Positions 1-10,915 are shown, counted from the whole stretch's first letter. The stretch: 60,470 bases of DNA, filler included, from 5 parts of 5 records of this genome joined end to end with filler, not necessarily neighbours in it; one strand, 5' to 3'. The notes: a model not told the origin generated them from the sequence alone. A program made the numbers and translations.

Positions 1-1
1 G

Positions 2-568
2 ATCGAACTGGGCACCTATATGCTGGCCCCTGCCATCACCGGTGGCGAGGTGGAATTGTTGGGTGGCAAGTTGAGCCTCGTGGAAAGCTTCACCGCCAAG
101 CTGCATGAGGCGGGGATAGAGGTGGAAGAAACCGACCGTGGCCTAAAGGTGCGCCGCGCCAATGGGCGGGTGAAAGCGGTCGATGTGGTGACAGAACCTT
201 TCCCCGGCTTCCCCACCGACCTTCAGGCACAGATGATGGCGTTGATGTGTACGGCCAACGGCACCTCGGTGCTGGAAGAAAAAATCTTCGAAAACCGCTT
301 CATGCACGCGCCTGAACTGGTGCGCATGGGTGCGCAGATTGACGTGCATGGTGGTCATGCCACTGTGACCGGTGTCGAACGGCTGCGCGGCGCGCCGGTG
401 ATGGCGACTGATCTGCGGGCTTCTGTGTCGCTGATCCTGGCGGCGCTGGCGGCAGAGGGCGAAACCGTGGTGAACCGGGTCTATCACCTTGACCGTGGCT
501 ATGAGCGGGTGGAAGAAAAACTGCGCGCCTGCGGGGCGCATATTGAGCGGGTACACGGGGATGGCTGA
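2..568 (+). CDS. murA: UDP-N-acetylglucosamine 1-carboxyvinyltransferase, 5'-truncated at the window edge
   Basis: Motifs [34 protein letters not shown] and YHLDRGYE. The frame is open upstream of the ORF-track start. Confidence 0.97.
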   Translation: MELGTYMLAPAITGGEVELLGGKLSLVESFTAKLHEAGIEVEETDRGLKVRRANGRVKAVDVVTEPFPGFPTDLQAQMMALMCTANGTSVLEEKIFENRFMHAPELVRMGAQIDVHGGHATVTGVERLRGAPVMATDLRASVSLILAALAAEGETVVNRVYHLDRGYERVEEKLRACGAHIERVHGDG

Positions 569-1031
569 CGCACGCTTTGAAGATGGCGGCGAGGAGCCGC
601 TGCGCCTGAAGGCACTGGACGGGGATGACCTGAAGGTGATCTCGGCGCTGGTGCAGGACGCGATCTTCCCGATTACCGAGATGACATGGGACCGGGCAAA
701 GCGCCGCTTCGCGTTGCTGTTGAACCGCTTTCGGTGGGAAGACGGGGCGCGCATCCGCGAGCATCCGCCCGAACGGGTGCAATCGGTTCTGGTGATCGAC
801 GATGCACTGGCCGTGGCCTCGCAAGGCATTGACCGGGGCGACCCCGAAACGGTGCTGTCGCTTCTGGCGCTTGATTGGGCCGAAGGCGAGGACGGCACCG
901 GGCGGATCACGCTGGTGCTGGCCGGCGATGGTGCGGTCGCCGTCGATGTGGAATGCGTCGAGGTCACCTTGCGCGATGTCACACGCCCCTACATGGCCCC
1001 GTCGCGCAAGGTGCCGGACCACCCGGAATGA
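561..1031 (+). CDS. DUF2948 family protein
   Basis: Motifs [32 protein letters not shown] and [13 protein letters not shown] overlaps the murA end. This is the usual alphaproteobacterial murA neighbour. Confidence 0.88.
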   Translation: MADARFEDGGEEPLRLKALDGDDLKVISALVQDAIFPITEMTWDRAKRRFALLLNRFRWEDGARIREHPPERVQSVLVIDDALAVASQGIDRGDPETVLSLLALDWAEGEDGTGRITLVLAGDGAVAVDVECVEVTLRDVTRPYMAPSRKVPDHPE

Positions 1032-1522
1032 TCCGCTGGCCCCGGCGGTTGCGCGTCCGGCGCCTGCGGGCGGAAGACGCCGCGTTGTGGCGTGATCTGC
1101 GGCTGGAGGCGCTGACCAATCACCCAGAGGCATACGGCGCCACCCATGACGACTGGGCTGGTCGGCCGTTGTCGGATTTTGCTGACAGTGTGGAAGCGGG
1201 TTGTATCCTCGGAGCGTTCAAGGGGGAGGATCTGATCGGCTCAATGGCGCTGGATACCTGGGACAGCGGTGGCGAACTTTCAGCGGTATATGTGCGGGCT
1301 GACCACAGGGGAAAAGGCATCGCGCGCAGCATGTTTCAGACGCTGAGACGTGAGGCAAAGGGCAGGGGGGTGCGACAGCTATCACTGACAGTTGCAGAAG
1401 ACAACATTCCGGCTCGGCGGTTCTATGCGTCTGCCGGTTTTTGCGCCTCTGGCCAGCCGTCGCGCAGCTTGACACGCGACGGCCGTTTGCTCGATCTGAT
1501 CACAATGACTATGGCGCTGTGA
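1028..1522 (+). CDS. GNAT family N-acetyltransferase
   Basis: Acetyl-CoA motif VYVRADHRGKGIA and NIPARRFYASAGF. ATGA overlap with the upstream stop. Confidence 0.88.
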   Translation: MIRWPRRLRVRRLRAEDAALWRDLRLEALTNHPEAYGATHDDWAGRPLSDFADSVEAGCILGAFKGEDLIGSMALDTWDSGGELSAVYVRADHRGKGIARSMFQTLRREAKGRGVRQLSLTVAEDNIPARRFYASAGFCASGQPSRSLTRDGRLLDLITMTMAL

Positions 1523-1558
1523 CGGGGAGGGACAAATACCCGTCACGCACCGGCTGGA

Positions 1559-1963
1559 TCATTGCTGGATCGAGGCAAGGTATTCGGCAAGTTCCAGAAC
1601 GCGCCCGCGCACGATAAGCTCGGCGCCGTAGGTGCCTGCCAAGTCCGAAGCGGCGGCATAGCGGTCGCCCCAGATTGGCATCTCGGACCCATGCCCGCGC
1701 AGGCCAGAGCGGCCATCAATCATGTGGATCACCTGAAGCATGGGAAAGTCGCCATCATTATCCATCGCCAAGGTTGTCAGATCGGGCGGTGCCACCGTCA
1801 TCAGATCAGAGAACGGCGTGTTACTGGTGCCATCGACGCCATGGCAGGTCGCGCAGGAGCGCATGTATTCCTGTTCTCCAATAGATTGCGCATGGGCGCT
1901 GCATGCACCAAGCGCGCCAAGGGCAAGTGCAGCAAGGCCGATTTTCAAAGTCATGTGGGTCAT
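1559..1963 (-). CDS. Exported monoheme c-type cytochrome
   Basis: Signal peptide, a single CATCH, PPDLT and distal-ligand MPIWG. GGAGG RBS upstream. Confidence 0.9.
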   Translation of the reverse strand: MTHMTLKIGLAALALGALGACSAHAQSIGEQEYMRSCATCHGVDGTSNTPFSDLMTVAPPDLTTLAMDNDGDFPMLQVIHMIDGRSGLRGHGSEMPIWGDRYAAASDLAGTYGAELIVRGRVLELAEYLASIQQ

Positions 1964-2061
1964 CTGATATCCTCCGTCTCAGACGTTTGAAATAGTTGAC
2001 TCAAAGAACGATTGACTGAGTCACCATTGCCCAACCCTTTACCTGAACAAATGCGGTTGCC

Positions 2062-2075
2062 TTGATCTGTGTCAA
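2062..2075. promoter_or_regulatory. FNR/FnrL-type box upstream of the cytochrome c
   Basis: TTGATCTGTGTCAA versus consensus TTGAT-N4-ATCAA (1 mismatch), about 100 bp upstream of the cytochrome c start. Confidence 0.7.
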
Positions 2076-2193
2076 TGACTGACAAGGATAAGCAATCGCG
2101 CGTTACACCGCTTCCGGTTGCAACAGCCAGAGCGCCACAGCGGTGGTTCGGCCTGGAACTAGATGAAGACGATAGATCCAGATCGCGCCGAGT

Positions 2194-3516
2194 TTACCCG
2201 CGCCTGACCAGATCGGCATAGGCCTGAACCTTTTGCAGATAGGTCTGCGTGTGTGGGCTGTCTGGATTGCCCACATGATCGGCCAGCTTCTCCAGCCGGG
2301 TAATCATCTGGCCATTGTCCTCCACATAGCTTCGGAAAACCGGGGTGTTGGTCACCTCCGCCAGATATGTGCGCGTCTCACCGTCCATTGTACCCTTCGC
2401 AAGTCGCAGGGTCAGGATGGTGCTGAGCGCGATATGCGGGGCCATGAAGCCCCAGGTCAGGCTGCCAAGCGAATGGGCAATGACGGCCACGCGATCCGGT
2501 TCGCGGGCAGGGCGGTAATATTCCACCGGCTGAATGACATGCGGGTGATGCGACAGGATGCTGTCGGCCCCGCATTCCACCAACTCGCGCGCGGCCTTGA
2601 TCTGCACGGCGCGCGGGAACAGCTCGAATTCAAACCCCCAATGGACCGACGCGATGATGAAATCGCAGCCCTCTGCCTTGCAGTCGTCAATCTGCCGTTT
2701 CAGCAGGCTCAAATCAGGCGGACCCTTCTTGGACAGAAGACGAGAGATATTGATGCGATACCGCTCTGCCTCTGGCAGATCGCGCCCGTTCAACCCGAAA
2801 CCGGCAGCGGCAAAGCCGATCTTGATCCCATTCCGGGTGATCACAAGCGCCCGCCCGTGGTCATCAGGGGTCGCGTTGGTGCCAAGCGGCAGAATCTGCC
2901 GATCCGCCATCGTCGCCATCGTCGTCTCCACCCCCTCGATTCCCATGTCGAACATGTGGTTATTGGCGGTGTTCAGAATGTCGAACCGCTTGCCCTTATG
3001 CGACGTCAGGATGTCGAACTGCGTGGCCGAGCAGCATTCCGTCGGCGGCCCCTGATCGCCGATCACCTCATCGACCAGCGGCTGTGTCGTCACCGGGCTT
3101 TCGAAATTGGCGAATGAAATGTCCTGATCAAACAGCAGGTCGGCCACGTTTTCGAACAGCCGGTCCTGTGACCCGTCAATCCCGGCGGATCGCAGCAGAT
3201 CGCCGCCCGCACCCATGCTGAGCGTGGTGGTTTCCGCGAAGCCCTCGGGCAACATGACCTCTGGCGCGGTGGTGTCGGGCCGCAAGTCGGCGGGCATGTC
3301 GCGTTCATATTCGGTGATCGGACGAGAGGTCTTGTAGATCCAGTAAAGGTTGTCGATGACCGACATCTCCTCCGCCGCCGTCGCGGCCTTGGGCGATGGG
3401 TGGCGCCACAGTTGCCGCCGATTGGCGAGCCACTGGAACCCGGCCAGAATCGCGCGCAAGGGCGGGGCCGAAACCTGCAAAACGTCATCCGGGCAATCTG
3501 GCAATCTGTCTGTCAC
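2194..3516 (-). CDS. CapA (PGA_cap) family metallophosphoesterase-like protein
   Basis: Motifs GGDL, FANFESP, TANNHMFDMG, SVHWG, SHHPHVIQP and HSLG. Start codon (GTG) is uncertain. Confidence 0.85.
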   Translation of the reverse strand: MTDRLPDCPDDVLQVSAPPLRAILAGFQWLANRRQLWRHPSPKAATAAEEMSVIDNLYWIYKTSRPITEYERDMPADLRPDTTAPEVMLPEGFAETTTLSMGAGGDLLRSAGIDGSQDRLFENVADLLFDQDISFANFESPVTTQPLVDEVIGDQGPPTECCSATQFDILTSHKGKRFDILNTANNHMFDMGIEGVETTMATMADRQILPLGTNATPDDHGRALVITRNGIKIGFAAAGFGLNGRDLPEAERYRINISRLLSKKGPPDLSLLKRQIDDCKAEGCDFIIASVHWGFEFELFPRAVQIKAARELVECGADSILSHHPHVIQPVEYYRPAREPDRVAVIAHSLGSLTWGFMAPHIALSTILTLRLAKGTMDGETRTYLAEVTNTPVFRSYVEDNGQMITRLEKLADHVGNPDSPHTQTYLQKVQAYADLVRRG

Positions 3517-3659
3517 GCTACTGGTCCCCTGTTTGCACGCCGCAGCCTAGCAGTATCGGGGGCGGGCGCAATTGCCTGATGCCCGATGCGGCCAAGCAAC
3601 GGCTTGCCGCCCCCGCGCCTAGGCGATATCCCGTCCCGGCCAGTCAGGAGACCCGCAAG

Positions 3660-4973
3660 ATGCCCCAGTTCCTCAACACCAGTGACGCCGATTTCGCCGC
3701 CCGCTTCGACGCGCTGCTGAACATGAAGCGAGAGGACTCTCCCGAGGTGGATGATATCGTGGCGGGCATCATCGCCGATGTGCGCGCGCGCGGCGATGCG
3801 GCGGTGATCGAGCTGACGGCGAAATTCGACCGGATGACCCTGACCTCGGATACGCTGGCCTTTACGCCCGAGGAAATCGACGCCGCCATTGCCGAGGTGC
3901 CCGCTGCGGAACGCGCAGCGCTGGAACTGGCCGCAGAGCGCATCCGCGCCTATCACGTCCGGCAGATGCCAGAGGACGCCCGCTGGACCGATCCCGACGG
4001 GGCAACGCTGGGTTGGCGCTGGACGCCGGTCTCTGCTGCCGGTCTCTATGTGCCGGGCGGGTTGGCGTCCTATCCGTCATCGGTGCTGATGAACGCGATC
4101 CCCGCGCAGGTCGCTGGTGTCGAACGGCTGGTCATCTGCGCGCCCACACCGGATGGAAAGGCCAATCCGCTGGTGCTGCTGGCCGCGCGCCTTTCCGGGG
4201 TCGATACCGTCTATCGCATCGGCGGCGCGCAGGCCGTGGCCGCGATGGCCTATGGCACCGACACCATTCAGCCTGTCGACAAGATAACCGGCCCCGGCAA
4301 CGCCTTCGTCGCCGCCGCCAAGCGCCGTGTCTTTGGCAAGGTGGGCATCGACATGATCGCAGGCCCGTCAGAAATTCTGGTGATTGCCGACAAGGACAAC
4401 GACCCCGACTGGATCGCGCTCGATCTGCTGAGCCAGGCCGAACACGATGAAAGCGCGCAATCCATCCTGATCACCGATGACGCGGAGTTCGGGCTGCTTG
4501 TGGCGCGGGCCGTTGAAAGGCGGCTGGAAACGCTGGAACGCCGGGCCATCGCCGGGGCAAGCTGGCGCGACTATGGCGCGGTGATCACCGTGGATGATCT
4601 TGGCGAAGCGGCTCGGCTGTCAAACCGCGTCGCGCCCGAACATCTGGAACTGTGCGTGGCCGACCCGGATGCGCTGGCCGAGCAGATCACCCATGCCGGT
4701 GCGCTTTTCCTTGGTCAATGGACGCCCGAGGCCATCGGCGACTATATCGGCGGTCCCAACCATGTGCTGCCCACGGCACGATCTGCGCGTTTTTCATCCG
4801 GCCTGTCGGTCATGGACTTCCTAAAGCGCACAACCATCGCCAAGATGACACCCGAGGCACTGAAGGCCATCGGTCCGGCGGCGGAAACGCTGGCCATATC
4901 CGAGAGCTTGCAGGCCCATGGCCTGTCCGTGCGTGCGCGGTTGGAACGTTTGAATGAAGGGGCAGGCGAATGA
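3660..4973 (+). CDS. hisD: Histidinol dehydrogenase
   Basis: Motifs GLYVPGG, DKITGPGN, IDMIAGPSE, SQAEHD, APEHLEL and GPNHVLPT. Start placed at the ATG after AGGAG. Confidence 0.96.
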   Translation: MPQFLNTSDADFAARFDALLNMKREDSPEVDDIVAGIIADVRARGDAAVIELTAKFDRMTLTSDTLAFTPEEIDAAIAEVPAAERAALELAAERIRAYHVRQMPEDARWTDPDGATLGWRWTPVSAAGLYVPGGLASYPSSVLMNAIPAQVAGVERLVICAPTPDGKANPLVLLAARLSGVDTVYRIGGAQAVAAMAYGTDTIQPVDKITGPGNAFVAAAKRRVFGKVGIDMIAGPSEILVIADKDNDPDWIALDLLSQAEHDESAQSILITDDAEFGLLVARAVERRLETLERRAIAGASWRDYGAVITVDDLGEAARLSNRVAPEHLELCVADPDALAEQITHAGALFLGQWTPEAIGDYIGGPNHVLPTARSARFSSGLSVMDFLKRTTIAKMTPEALKAIGPAAETLAISESLQAHGLSVRARLERLNEGAGE

Positions 4974-5452
4974 GCCGCGATATCTGTCATATCGAGATCG
5001 ACGATAGCGGCCTGCCCGCACCCACGCCCGAGATCGAACAGGAACGCAAAGTCGCGATCTTCGATCTTCTGGAAGACAACAGCTTTGCGTTGCCAGCCCG
5101 CGACGAACGCGACGTGCCTGCCGCGCCGTATCGCCTTGGCCTGGCGATCCGCGAACGGCGGCTGGTCTTTGACGTCGATACAGAAGATGGTGAAGACGCG
5201 GCAGAGTTCCACCTGTCGCTGTCGCCGTTCAAGCAGGTGGTCAAAGACTACTGGCAGATCTGCGAAAGCTATTACGACGCGGTCAAGAAACTGCCCCCCA
5301 GCCAGATCGAAGCCATCGACATGGCAAGGCGCGGGATCCACAACGAAGGCGCGCGCGTTCTTCAGGAACGGCTGGAAGGCAAGGCCGACGTGGACCATGA
5401 CACCGCGCGGCGCCTCTTCACCCTTGTCTGCGTCCTGCATTTCGGCGGGTGA
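4970..5452 (+). CDS. UPF0262 family protein
   Basis: Motifs EQERKVAIFDLLEDN, IEAIDMARRGIHNEG and TARRLFTL. Conserved hisD neighbour. Confidence 0.92.
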   Translation: MSRDICHIEIDDSGLPAPTPEIEQERKVAIFDLLEDNSFALPARDERDVPAAPYRLGLAIRERRLVFDVDTEDGEDAAEFHLSLSPFKQVVKDYWQICESYYDAVKKLPPSQIEAIDMARRGIHNEGARVLQERLEGKADVDHDTARRLFTLVCVLHFGG

Positions 5453-5922
5453 GCGGCGTGGTACAGGACTTCCCCCAATCCGTCCTGTTCTGTTGCGACC
5501 ACAACGCGATTCGCTCGCCCATTGCCGAAGGGCTGATGAAAAAGTTCTACGGCCACTCCGCCTATGTGCAGTCCGCCGGGGTTCATAACGATCTGGAGAT
5601 CGACGGCTTCGCAATCGCGGTCTGCGCCGAACTTGGGATCGAGCTCGAAAGCCACCGCTCGCGCAGTTTCGACGAGATGGAACAATGGGGCGATGACCTG
5701 TCGGGCTTTGACCTGATCATAGCGCTGTCGCCCGCCAGCCAGCGCCGCGCGCAGGAACTGACCCGACATTTCCACGTCGATGTGGAATACTGGCAGATCC
5801 TCGATCCCTCGGGCCTTGGCAATACCCGCGAGGCCAAGCTCGACGCCTATCGCCAGACCCGCGATATGCTGGTGAAACGGATGCTGGACCGGTTCGGTCC
5901 GCCAACGGAGACACAGGAATGA
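5449..5922 (+). CDS. Low-molecular-weight phosphatase / ArsC family protein
   Basis: VLFCCDHNAIRS (C-x5-R-S P-loop), VQSAG and the LDP motif. Confidence 0.88.
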   Translation: MSGVVQDFPQSVLFCCDHNAIRSPIAEGLMKKFYGHSAYVQSAGVHNDLEIDGFAIAVCAELGIELESHRSRSFDEMEQWGDDLSGFDLIIALSPASQRRAQELTRHFHVDVEYWQILDPSGLGNTREAKLDAYRQTRDMLVKRMLDRFGPPTETQE

Positions 5923-6317
5923 GCCGCAAGACCATCGACGCCTACTACGCCGCCTTCAACGCGGGCGACACTGAAGCCATGATCGCCTGCCTGACGCCGA
6001 ATGTGGCGCATCACGTGAACGAAGGCGGGGTCCGCGTCGGCACCGACATGTTCCGTGAATTCTGCGCGCACATGACCCGCAGCTATCGCGAACGGCTGAC
6101 AGATATCGTGGTGATGCTGTCCGAGGACGGCACCCGCGCTGCGGCAGAGTTCACCGTGAACGGCGAATATCTGGCAACGGATGAGGGTCTTCCAGAGGCA
6201 AATGGCCAGAAATACGTGCTTCCGGCGGGCAGCTTCTTTTCCCTCGAAGACGGCAAGATCTCTCGCGTCGTGACCTATTACAACCTTGCGGATTGGGTGG
6301 CCCAGGTCTCCGCATGA
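5919..6317 (+). CDS. SnoaL-like / ketosteroid isomerase-related (NTF2 fold) protein
   Basis: Motifs YYAAFNAGD, RAAAEFTVNG, LPAGSFF and GKISRVVTYYN. Confidence 0.85.
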   Translation: MSRKTIDAYYAAFNAGDTEAMIACLTPNVAHHVNEGGVRVGTDMFREFCAHMTRSYRERLTDIVVMLSEDGTRAAAEFTVNGEYLATDEGLPEANGQKYVLPAGSFFSLEDGKISRVVTYYNLADWVAQVSA

Positions 6318-6898
6318 GCCTGGCTTTCCGCAGCTTCATCGGCTCGGATGTGGGCGCGGTTCTGGGTGATCTCGCCCGCCTGCGCATCGCCGTCTTCCGC
6401 GACTGGCCGTATCTCTATGACGGGGATCTGGCCTATGAGCAGACCTATCTGGAACTTTACACGACCCCCCGCGCCATGGTCGTCGGGGCTTTCGACGGTC
6501 CGCAGATGGTCGGTGCCGCCACGGGAATGCCGCTGACCGATCACGATGACGATTTCGGCAGCGCACTGGCCGGGATCGCCGTGCCGCTTGAAAACATCTT
6601 CTACTGTGCAGAATCCGTTCTGCTGCCCCTTTATCGCGGGCAAGGTGCTGGCCACGCCTTCTTCGATGCGCGCGAAGATCATGGCCGCGCCCTTGGCCTC
6701 ACCCATGCCGCCTTTTGCGGGGTCCAGCGCCCCACGGATCACCCGGCGCGCCCCGCCGATTATCGCCCGCTTGATCCCTTCTGGCAAAAACGCGGCTACG
6801 CGCCGGTGCCGGGGGCCATCGCCCTATTCTCCTGGAAAGACCTCGGGGATGAGTTCGAAACCGACAAGCCCCTGCAATTCTGGATGAAGCGCCTATGA
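6314..6898 (+). CDS. GNAT family N-acetyltransferase
   Basis: Motifs LRIAVFRDWPYLYDG, ESVLLPLYRGQGAG and FWQKRGY. Confidence 0.88.
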   Translation: MSLAFRSFIGSDVGAVLGDLARLRIAVFRDWPYLYDGDLAYEQTYLELYTTPRAMVVGAFDGPQMVGAATGMPLTDHDDDFGSALAGIAVPLENIFYCAESVLLPLYRGQGAGHAFFDAREDHGRALGLTHAAFCGVQRPTDHPARPADYRPLDPFWQKRGYAPVPGAIALFSWKDLGDEFETDKPLQFWMKRL

Positions 6899-7764
6899 AG
6901 ATTGCCGCCGTCGCCTATCGCTGTGACCGCCACCCCGGCTGGCTCTCGCACGAGATCAAGCTGGACCGCATCCTGAACGAAGCGGATGCCGATCTGGTTG
7001 TCTTCCCTGAATACGCGGCGATGGAGGCCGCGCTGGTTGCCGGGCCGCCTTCCGCCACCGTTACCCAATGGCGCGATCTGGCGGCGGAGCGGGCGGGCGA
7101 CTGGGTCAATCAGTTCCGCCTAATGGCGCAGAAGCATCGCTGCCATATCGTGGCGGGGTCCGGCCCGGTTCACACCGACAGGGGCGTGGTCAACCGCAGT
7201 TGGCTCATTACCCCCGATGGCAGCGTCGATCATCAGGACAAGCTGCTGCTGCTGCCCTATGAGCGGCAGGAAATGGGCCTGATCGGGGGTGATGATCTGC
7301 GCCTGTTCGACACCAGCCTCGGCAAGATCGGCCTGCTGATCTGCTATGACAGCGAATTCCCCGTGCAAGCCCGCGCGCTGTGCGAGGCAGGGGCCGAGAT
7401 GATCCTTGTGCCCTCCTGCACCGATTTCCCTGCCGGGCAGACCCGCGTGCGCCAATCCTGCCGCGCCCGCGCCATCGAAAACCAGTGCCTCATTGTCCAG
7501 GCCCCGCTGGTGGGCGAGGTGCCCGATTGCGAAATCATCGACCGGTCAACGGGCCGCGTGGGCTTTTTCTGTCCGCCCGATCACGGGTTGCCTGCGGACG
7601 GCATTCTCGCCCAGGGCGAGACCGATCAACCGGGCCCGATCACCATCGAGATCGACCCCGCCGCCATCGCCGCCCCGCGCCTGACAGGGCAGGTCGGCAA
7701 TTTCTCTCACTGGCCGGAAGGGCTGGAAACGGTCACATCCCGGCAAGTTCCGGCGCGCAAGTGA
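6895..7764 (+). CDS. Carbon-nitrogen hydrolase (nitrilase family)
   Basis: E-K-C triad motifs VVFPEY, QDKL and ICYDSEFP, plus RARAIENQ. Confidence 0.92.
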   Translation: MKIAAVAYRCDRHPGWLSHEIKLDRILNEADADLVVFPEYAAMEAALVAGPPSATVTQWRDLAAERAGDWVNQFRLMAQKHRCHIVAGSGPVHTDRGVVNRSWLITPDGSVDHQDKLLLLPYERQEMGLIGGDDLRLFDTSLGKIGLLICYDSEFPVQARALCEAGAEMILVPSCTDFPAGQTRVRQSCRARAIENQCLIVQAPLVGEVPDCEIIDRSTGRVGFFCPPDHGLPADGILAQGETDQPGPITIEIDPAAIAAPRLTGQVGNFSHWPEGLETVTSRQVPARK

Positions 7765-7849
7765 GATTCGCCTTGAAAAACCCGGCGATCAGGCGCATTT
7801 AACCGCCAATTCCGCGCATTTGACGCGGATAATGACTGTAGGAGAGACC

Positions 7850-8068
7850 ATGGCCAAGGAAGAACTGCTCGAATTCCCCGGTGTCGTGAAGGAACTCCTG
7901 CCGAACGCGACATTCCTGGTCGAGCTGGAAAACGGCCATACGATCATCGCGCATACGGCAGGCAAGATGCGGAAAAACCGCATCCGGGTTCTGGCTGGCG
8001 ACAAGGTGCAGGTCGAGATGACCCCCTATGATCTGACCAAGGGTCGGATCAACTACCGCTTCAAGTAA
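7850..8068 (+). CDS. infA: Translation initiation factor IF-1
   Basis: [20 protein letters not shown]...[27 protein letters not shown]. Confidence 0.98.
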   Translation: MAKEELLEFPGVVKELLPNATFLVELENGHTIIAHTAGKMRKNRIRVLAGDKVQVEMTPYDLTKGRINYRFK

Positions 8069-8075
8069 TCGCTTC

Positions 8076-8651
8076 ATGCGGCTGATCCTCGGATCCGGAA
8101 GCCCCCGGCGGCAAGAGCTGTTGGGGGTCTTGGGCATTACGCCCGACGCGATCCTGCCCCCCGATATCGACGAAGACCCGCGTTCCGGCGAACTGCCGCG
8201 CCCCTATGTCGAACGGGTCGCGCGGGAAAAGGCTTTGGCGGTCGCGGCTGAGCCCGATGACATCGTGCTTTGCGCCGATACAACCGTCGCCATGGGGCGC
8301 CGGATCATGGGCAAGCCTGCGGATGCCGGTGAGGCGGCAGAATTTCTGACCGCGCTCTCTGGTCGCCGCCACCGGGTCTATACCTCTGTGGCCGTGCGCC
8401 GTGGCGAAAAGCTCTGGGAGCGGACCGTTGAAAGCCGGGTCATGATGAAACGCCTGTCGGACGCCGAACTGAACGCCTATCTCGCCAGCGATGACTGGCG
8501 TGGCAAGGCGGGCGGCTATTCCATTCAAGGCCCCGCCGGGGCCTTCATCCCGTGGATCAGCGGCAGTTTTCACGCCATCATGGGCCTGCCCCTGCCGGAA
8601 ACGGCGCATTTGCTGACGGCCGCTGGCTGGCCGGTCTGGAGACAATCATGA
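8076..8651 (+). CDS. maf: Maf family nucleotide pyrophosphatase
   Basis: Motifs [26 protein letters not shown] and IMGLP. Confidence 0.95.
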   Translation: MRLILGSGSPRRQELLGVLGITPDAILPPDIDEDPRSGELPRPYVERVAREKALAVAAEPDDIVLCADTTVAMGRRIMGKPADAGEAAEFLTALSGRRHRVYTSVAVRRGEKLWERTVESRVMMKRLSDAELNAYLASDDWRGKAGGYSIQGPAGAFIPWISGSFHAIMGLPLPETAHLLTAAGWPVWRQS

Positions 8652-9691
8652 AGGGCCGCATTGTCCTGCTCGATACCCTGAACGACCGTCCCGCCGCTGC
8701 GCTGATGGTGGACGGACGCTTGCAGGATCTGCTGATCGACCCACCCGAGGACGGCCCTCCCGGCATCGGCGCGATCCTGCGCGGGGTTTGTGACCGGCCC
8801 CTGAAAGGGCAGGGGGGCATGATGCTGCGCCTTCCCGACGGCCAATCCGCATTTCTGCGGCAGGGCAAGGGCTTGTCCCCCGGTCAGCCGCTTCTGGTGC
8901 AGGTCACCGGCATGGGGGCGGACGGCAAGGCCACGCCCGTCACCACGCGGCTTCTGTTCAAATCGCGCTATGCCATCGTCACTCCGGACGCGCCGGGGCT
9001 GAATATCGCCCGCTCGATCAAGGACGAAGAAGAACGCGACCGCCTGCTTGAGATTGCGCATGAGGGCATGGCAGGCGCGCCGGAAGGTTTCGGCCTGATC
9101 CTGCGCAGCGCCTCGAACGAGGTGGACGATGACGCATTGGCCGAAGATATCGCCGCGATGCGCGACCTGGCCGAGGCTGTCACCGCCGATCTGGAGGGCG
9201 AGCCGGAATTGCTGGTCGATGCTCCCGACGCCCATATGACCGCCTGGCGCGACTGGGCCAGCCCCGAACCCGATGAGGTCATCGCGCGCGATGGTGCCTT
9301 CGCCGATCTCGGTGTGCTGGAGGAAATAGACGCGGCGTTGCAAGATGCCGTTCTGCTAACGGCTGGCGCCTCGATGATGATCGAGCCGACCTCGGCGCTT
9401 GTGGCGATCGATGTGAACACCGGGGCGGACAGTTCCTTGGCTGCCGGGCTGAAGGCAAACCTCGCCGCCGCCCGTGATCTGCCGCGCCAGTTGCGCCTGC
9501 GCGGGCTTGGCGGTCAGATCACAATGGATGTGGCCCCGATGCCCAAGAAGGACCGCCGTCAGTTCGAAGACGCCCTGCGCCGCGCCTTCCGGGCGGATGG
9601 GACGGATACGGTGCTGGCCGGCTGGACGCCGCTTGGGATGTTTGAACTGCAACGCAAGCGCGACCGCTGGCCGCTGACGGCGCTCATCTGA
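8648..9691 (+). CDS. Ribonuclease E/G family protein (short alphaproteobacterial form)
   Basis: Motifs [32 protein letters not shown] and [12 protein letters not shown]. Confidence 0.88.
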   Translation: MKGRIVLLDTLNDRPAAALMVDGRLQDLLIDPPEDGPPGIGAILRGVCDRPLKGQGGMMLRLPDGQSAFLRQGKGLSPGQPLLVQVTGMGADGKATPVTTRLLFKSRYAIVTPDAPGLNIARSIKDEEERDRLLEIAHEGMAGAPEGFGLILRSASNEVDDDALAEDIAAMRDLAEAVTADLEGEPELLVDAPDAHMTAWRDWASPEPDEVIARDGAFADLGVLEEIDAALQDAVLLTAGASMMIEPTSALVAIDVNTGADSSLAAGLKANLAAARDLPRQLRLRGLGGQITMDVAPMPKKDRRQFEDALRRAFRADGTDTVLAGWTPLGMFELQRKRDRWPLTALI

Positions 9692-10915
9692 TCAGGCGAC
9701 GCTGACCGGCAGGCTGCTATAACCCCGGAACCGCGCCAGCCCCATGATCTCGGCCGGGCCATCCGCGCGCAGGCGCGGGAACCGGTCGACGAATTTGCCA
9801 ATGGTGATCTTGCCCTCGATCCGCGCCAAAGTCGCGCCCAGACAGACATGGATGCCGGTCGCAAAGGCCAGATGCCGGTTTGGATTGCGGGTGATATCGA
9901 CCGCTTCCGGGTTCTTGAACACGACCGGATCACGGTTCGCCCCGGCAATCGAGGTGTGGATATAGGTGCCCTTGGGCAGAACGCAGTCTGTCAGCTCGAT
10001 ATCCTCGCCCGCCAGCCGGTTGCCGATCTGAAGCGGGCTTTGCACCCGCAGGAACTCCTCCACCGCGGTTCCGATATGCCCCGGTTCGCGCTGCAACAGC
10101 CGCAGCTGGTCGGGGTTGTTCAGCAGGATGGCGATGGAATTGCCGACCAGACTGGTTGTCGTTTCATGCCCGGCATTCAGCAGGAAGATGCAGTTCTGCA
10201 CCAGCTCCTCCTCGGTCAATCGCCGCCCGTCGACCTCTCCGAAAATCAGGCTGTCCAGCACTTCACCTTGTCCCGCGCCATCGGGGTTGGCGCGCCGATG
10301 GGCGATCAACTCGGCCAATATCGCACCAAATTCTGCCACCGCGTCATTTCCCGCCTGCAACCGTTCCGGCGAAATCACCGGGTCAAGCGCGCCCAGAATG
10401 GCCAGCGAAAAGCCCCGCAGCTTGCGGCGGTAGTCCTCTGGAATCCCCAGCATGAAGGAGATGATTTCGGTCGGCAGCACCATCGCAAAGGCGGGGATCA
10501 GGTCGAAAGCCCCCAGATCCTCCAGATCGTCCAGCATCCGGTCAACGATCCCGTCGATCAGCGGCTCCATCTCGGCCAGCTTGCGCGGCGTGAACGCCCC
10601 CGCCAACAGCTTGCGCACCACCGTGTGATAGGGCGGATCGTTGAAAATCAGGCTGGTCGTGTGATGGGTCAGAAGCGGGCCGGGGCCGAATTTCTTGCCA
10701 AATTCCTCGGTCTTGTCCGACAACATCGCGCGCGACTGATAGACCTTCAGACAATCAGCGTGGCGCGTCAGGTAGACCGAGCCATCGGCATTGCGATGCA
10801 CCGGGCTGTTCTCTCGCAGCGCGCGAAGGGTCGGGAAGGGGTTCTCGATGAACTCCCGTCCGATGCTGTTCAGGTCGAATTCGCGTATCAGGGCATTCAT
10901 CGGATCGGTCTCCAT
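9692..10915 (-). CDS. Cytochrome P450
   Basis: I-helix AGHETT, ExxR (EEFLR), heme motif FATGIHVCLG and DPPYHTVVRK. Confidence 0.96.
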   Translation of the reverse strand: METDPMNALIREFDLNSIGREFIENPFPTLRALRENSPVHRNADGSVYLTRHADCLKVYQSRAMLSDKTEEFGKKFGPGPLLTHHTTSLIFNDPPYHTVVRKLLAGAFTPRKLAEMEPLIDGIVDRMLDDLEDLGAFDLIPAFAMVLPTEIISFMLGIPEDYRRKLRGFSLAILGALDPVISPERLQAGNDAVAEFGAILAELIAHRRANPDGAGQGEVLDSLIFGEVDGRRLTEEELVQNCIFLLNAGHETTTSLVGNSIAILLNNPDQLRLLQREPGHIGTAVEEFLRVQSPLQIGNRLAGEDIELTDCVLPKGTYIHTSIAGANRDPVVFKNPEAVDITRNPNRHLAFATGIHVCLGATLARIEGKITIGKFVDRFPRLRADGPAEIMGLARFRGYSSLPVSVA

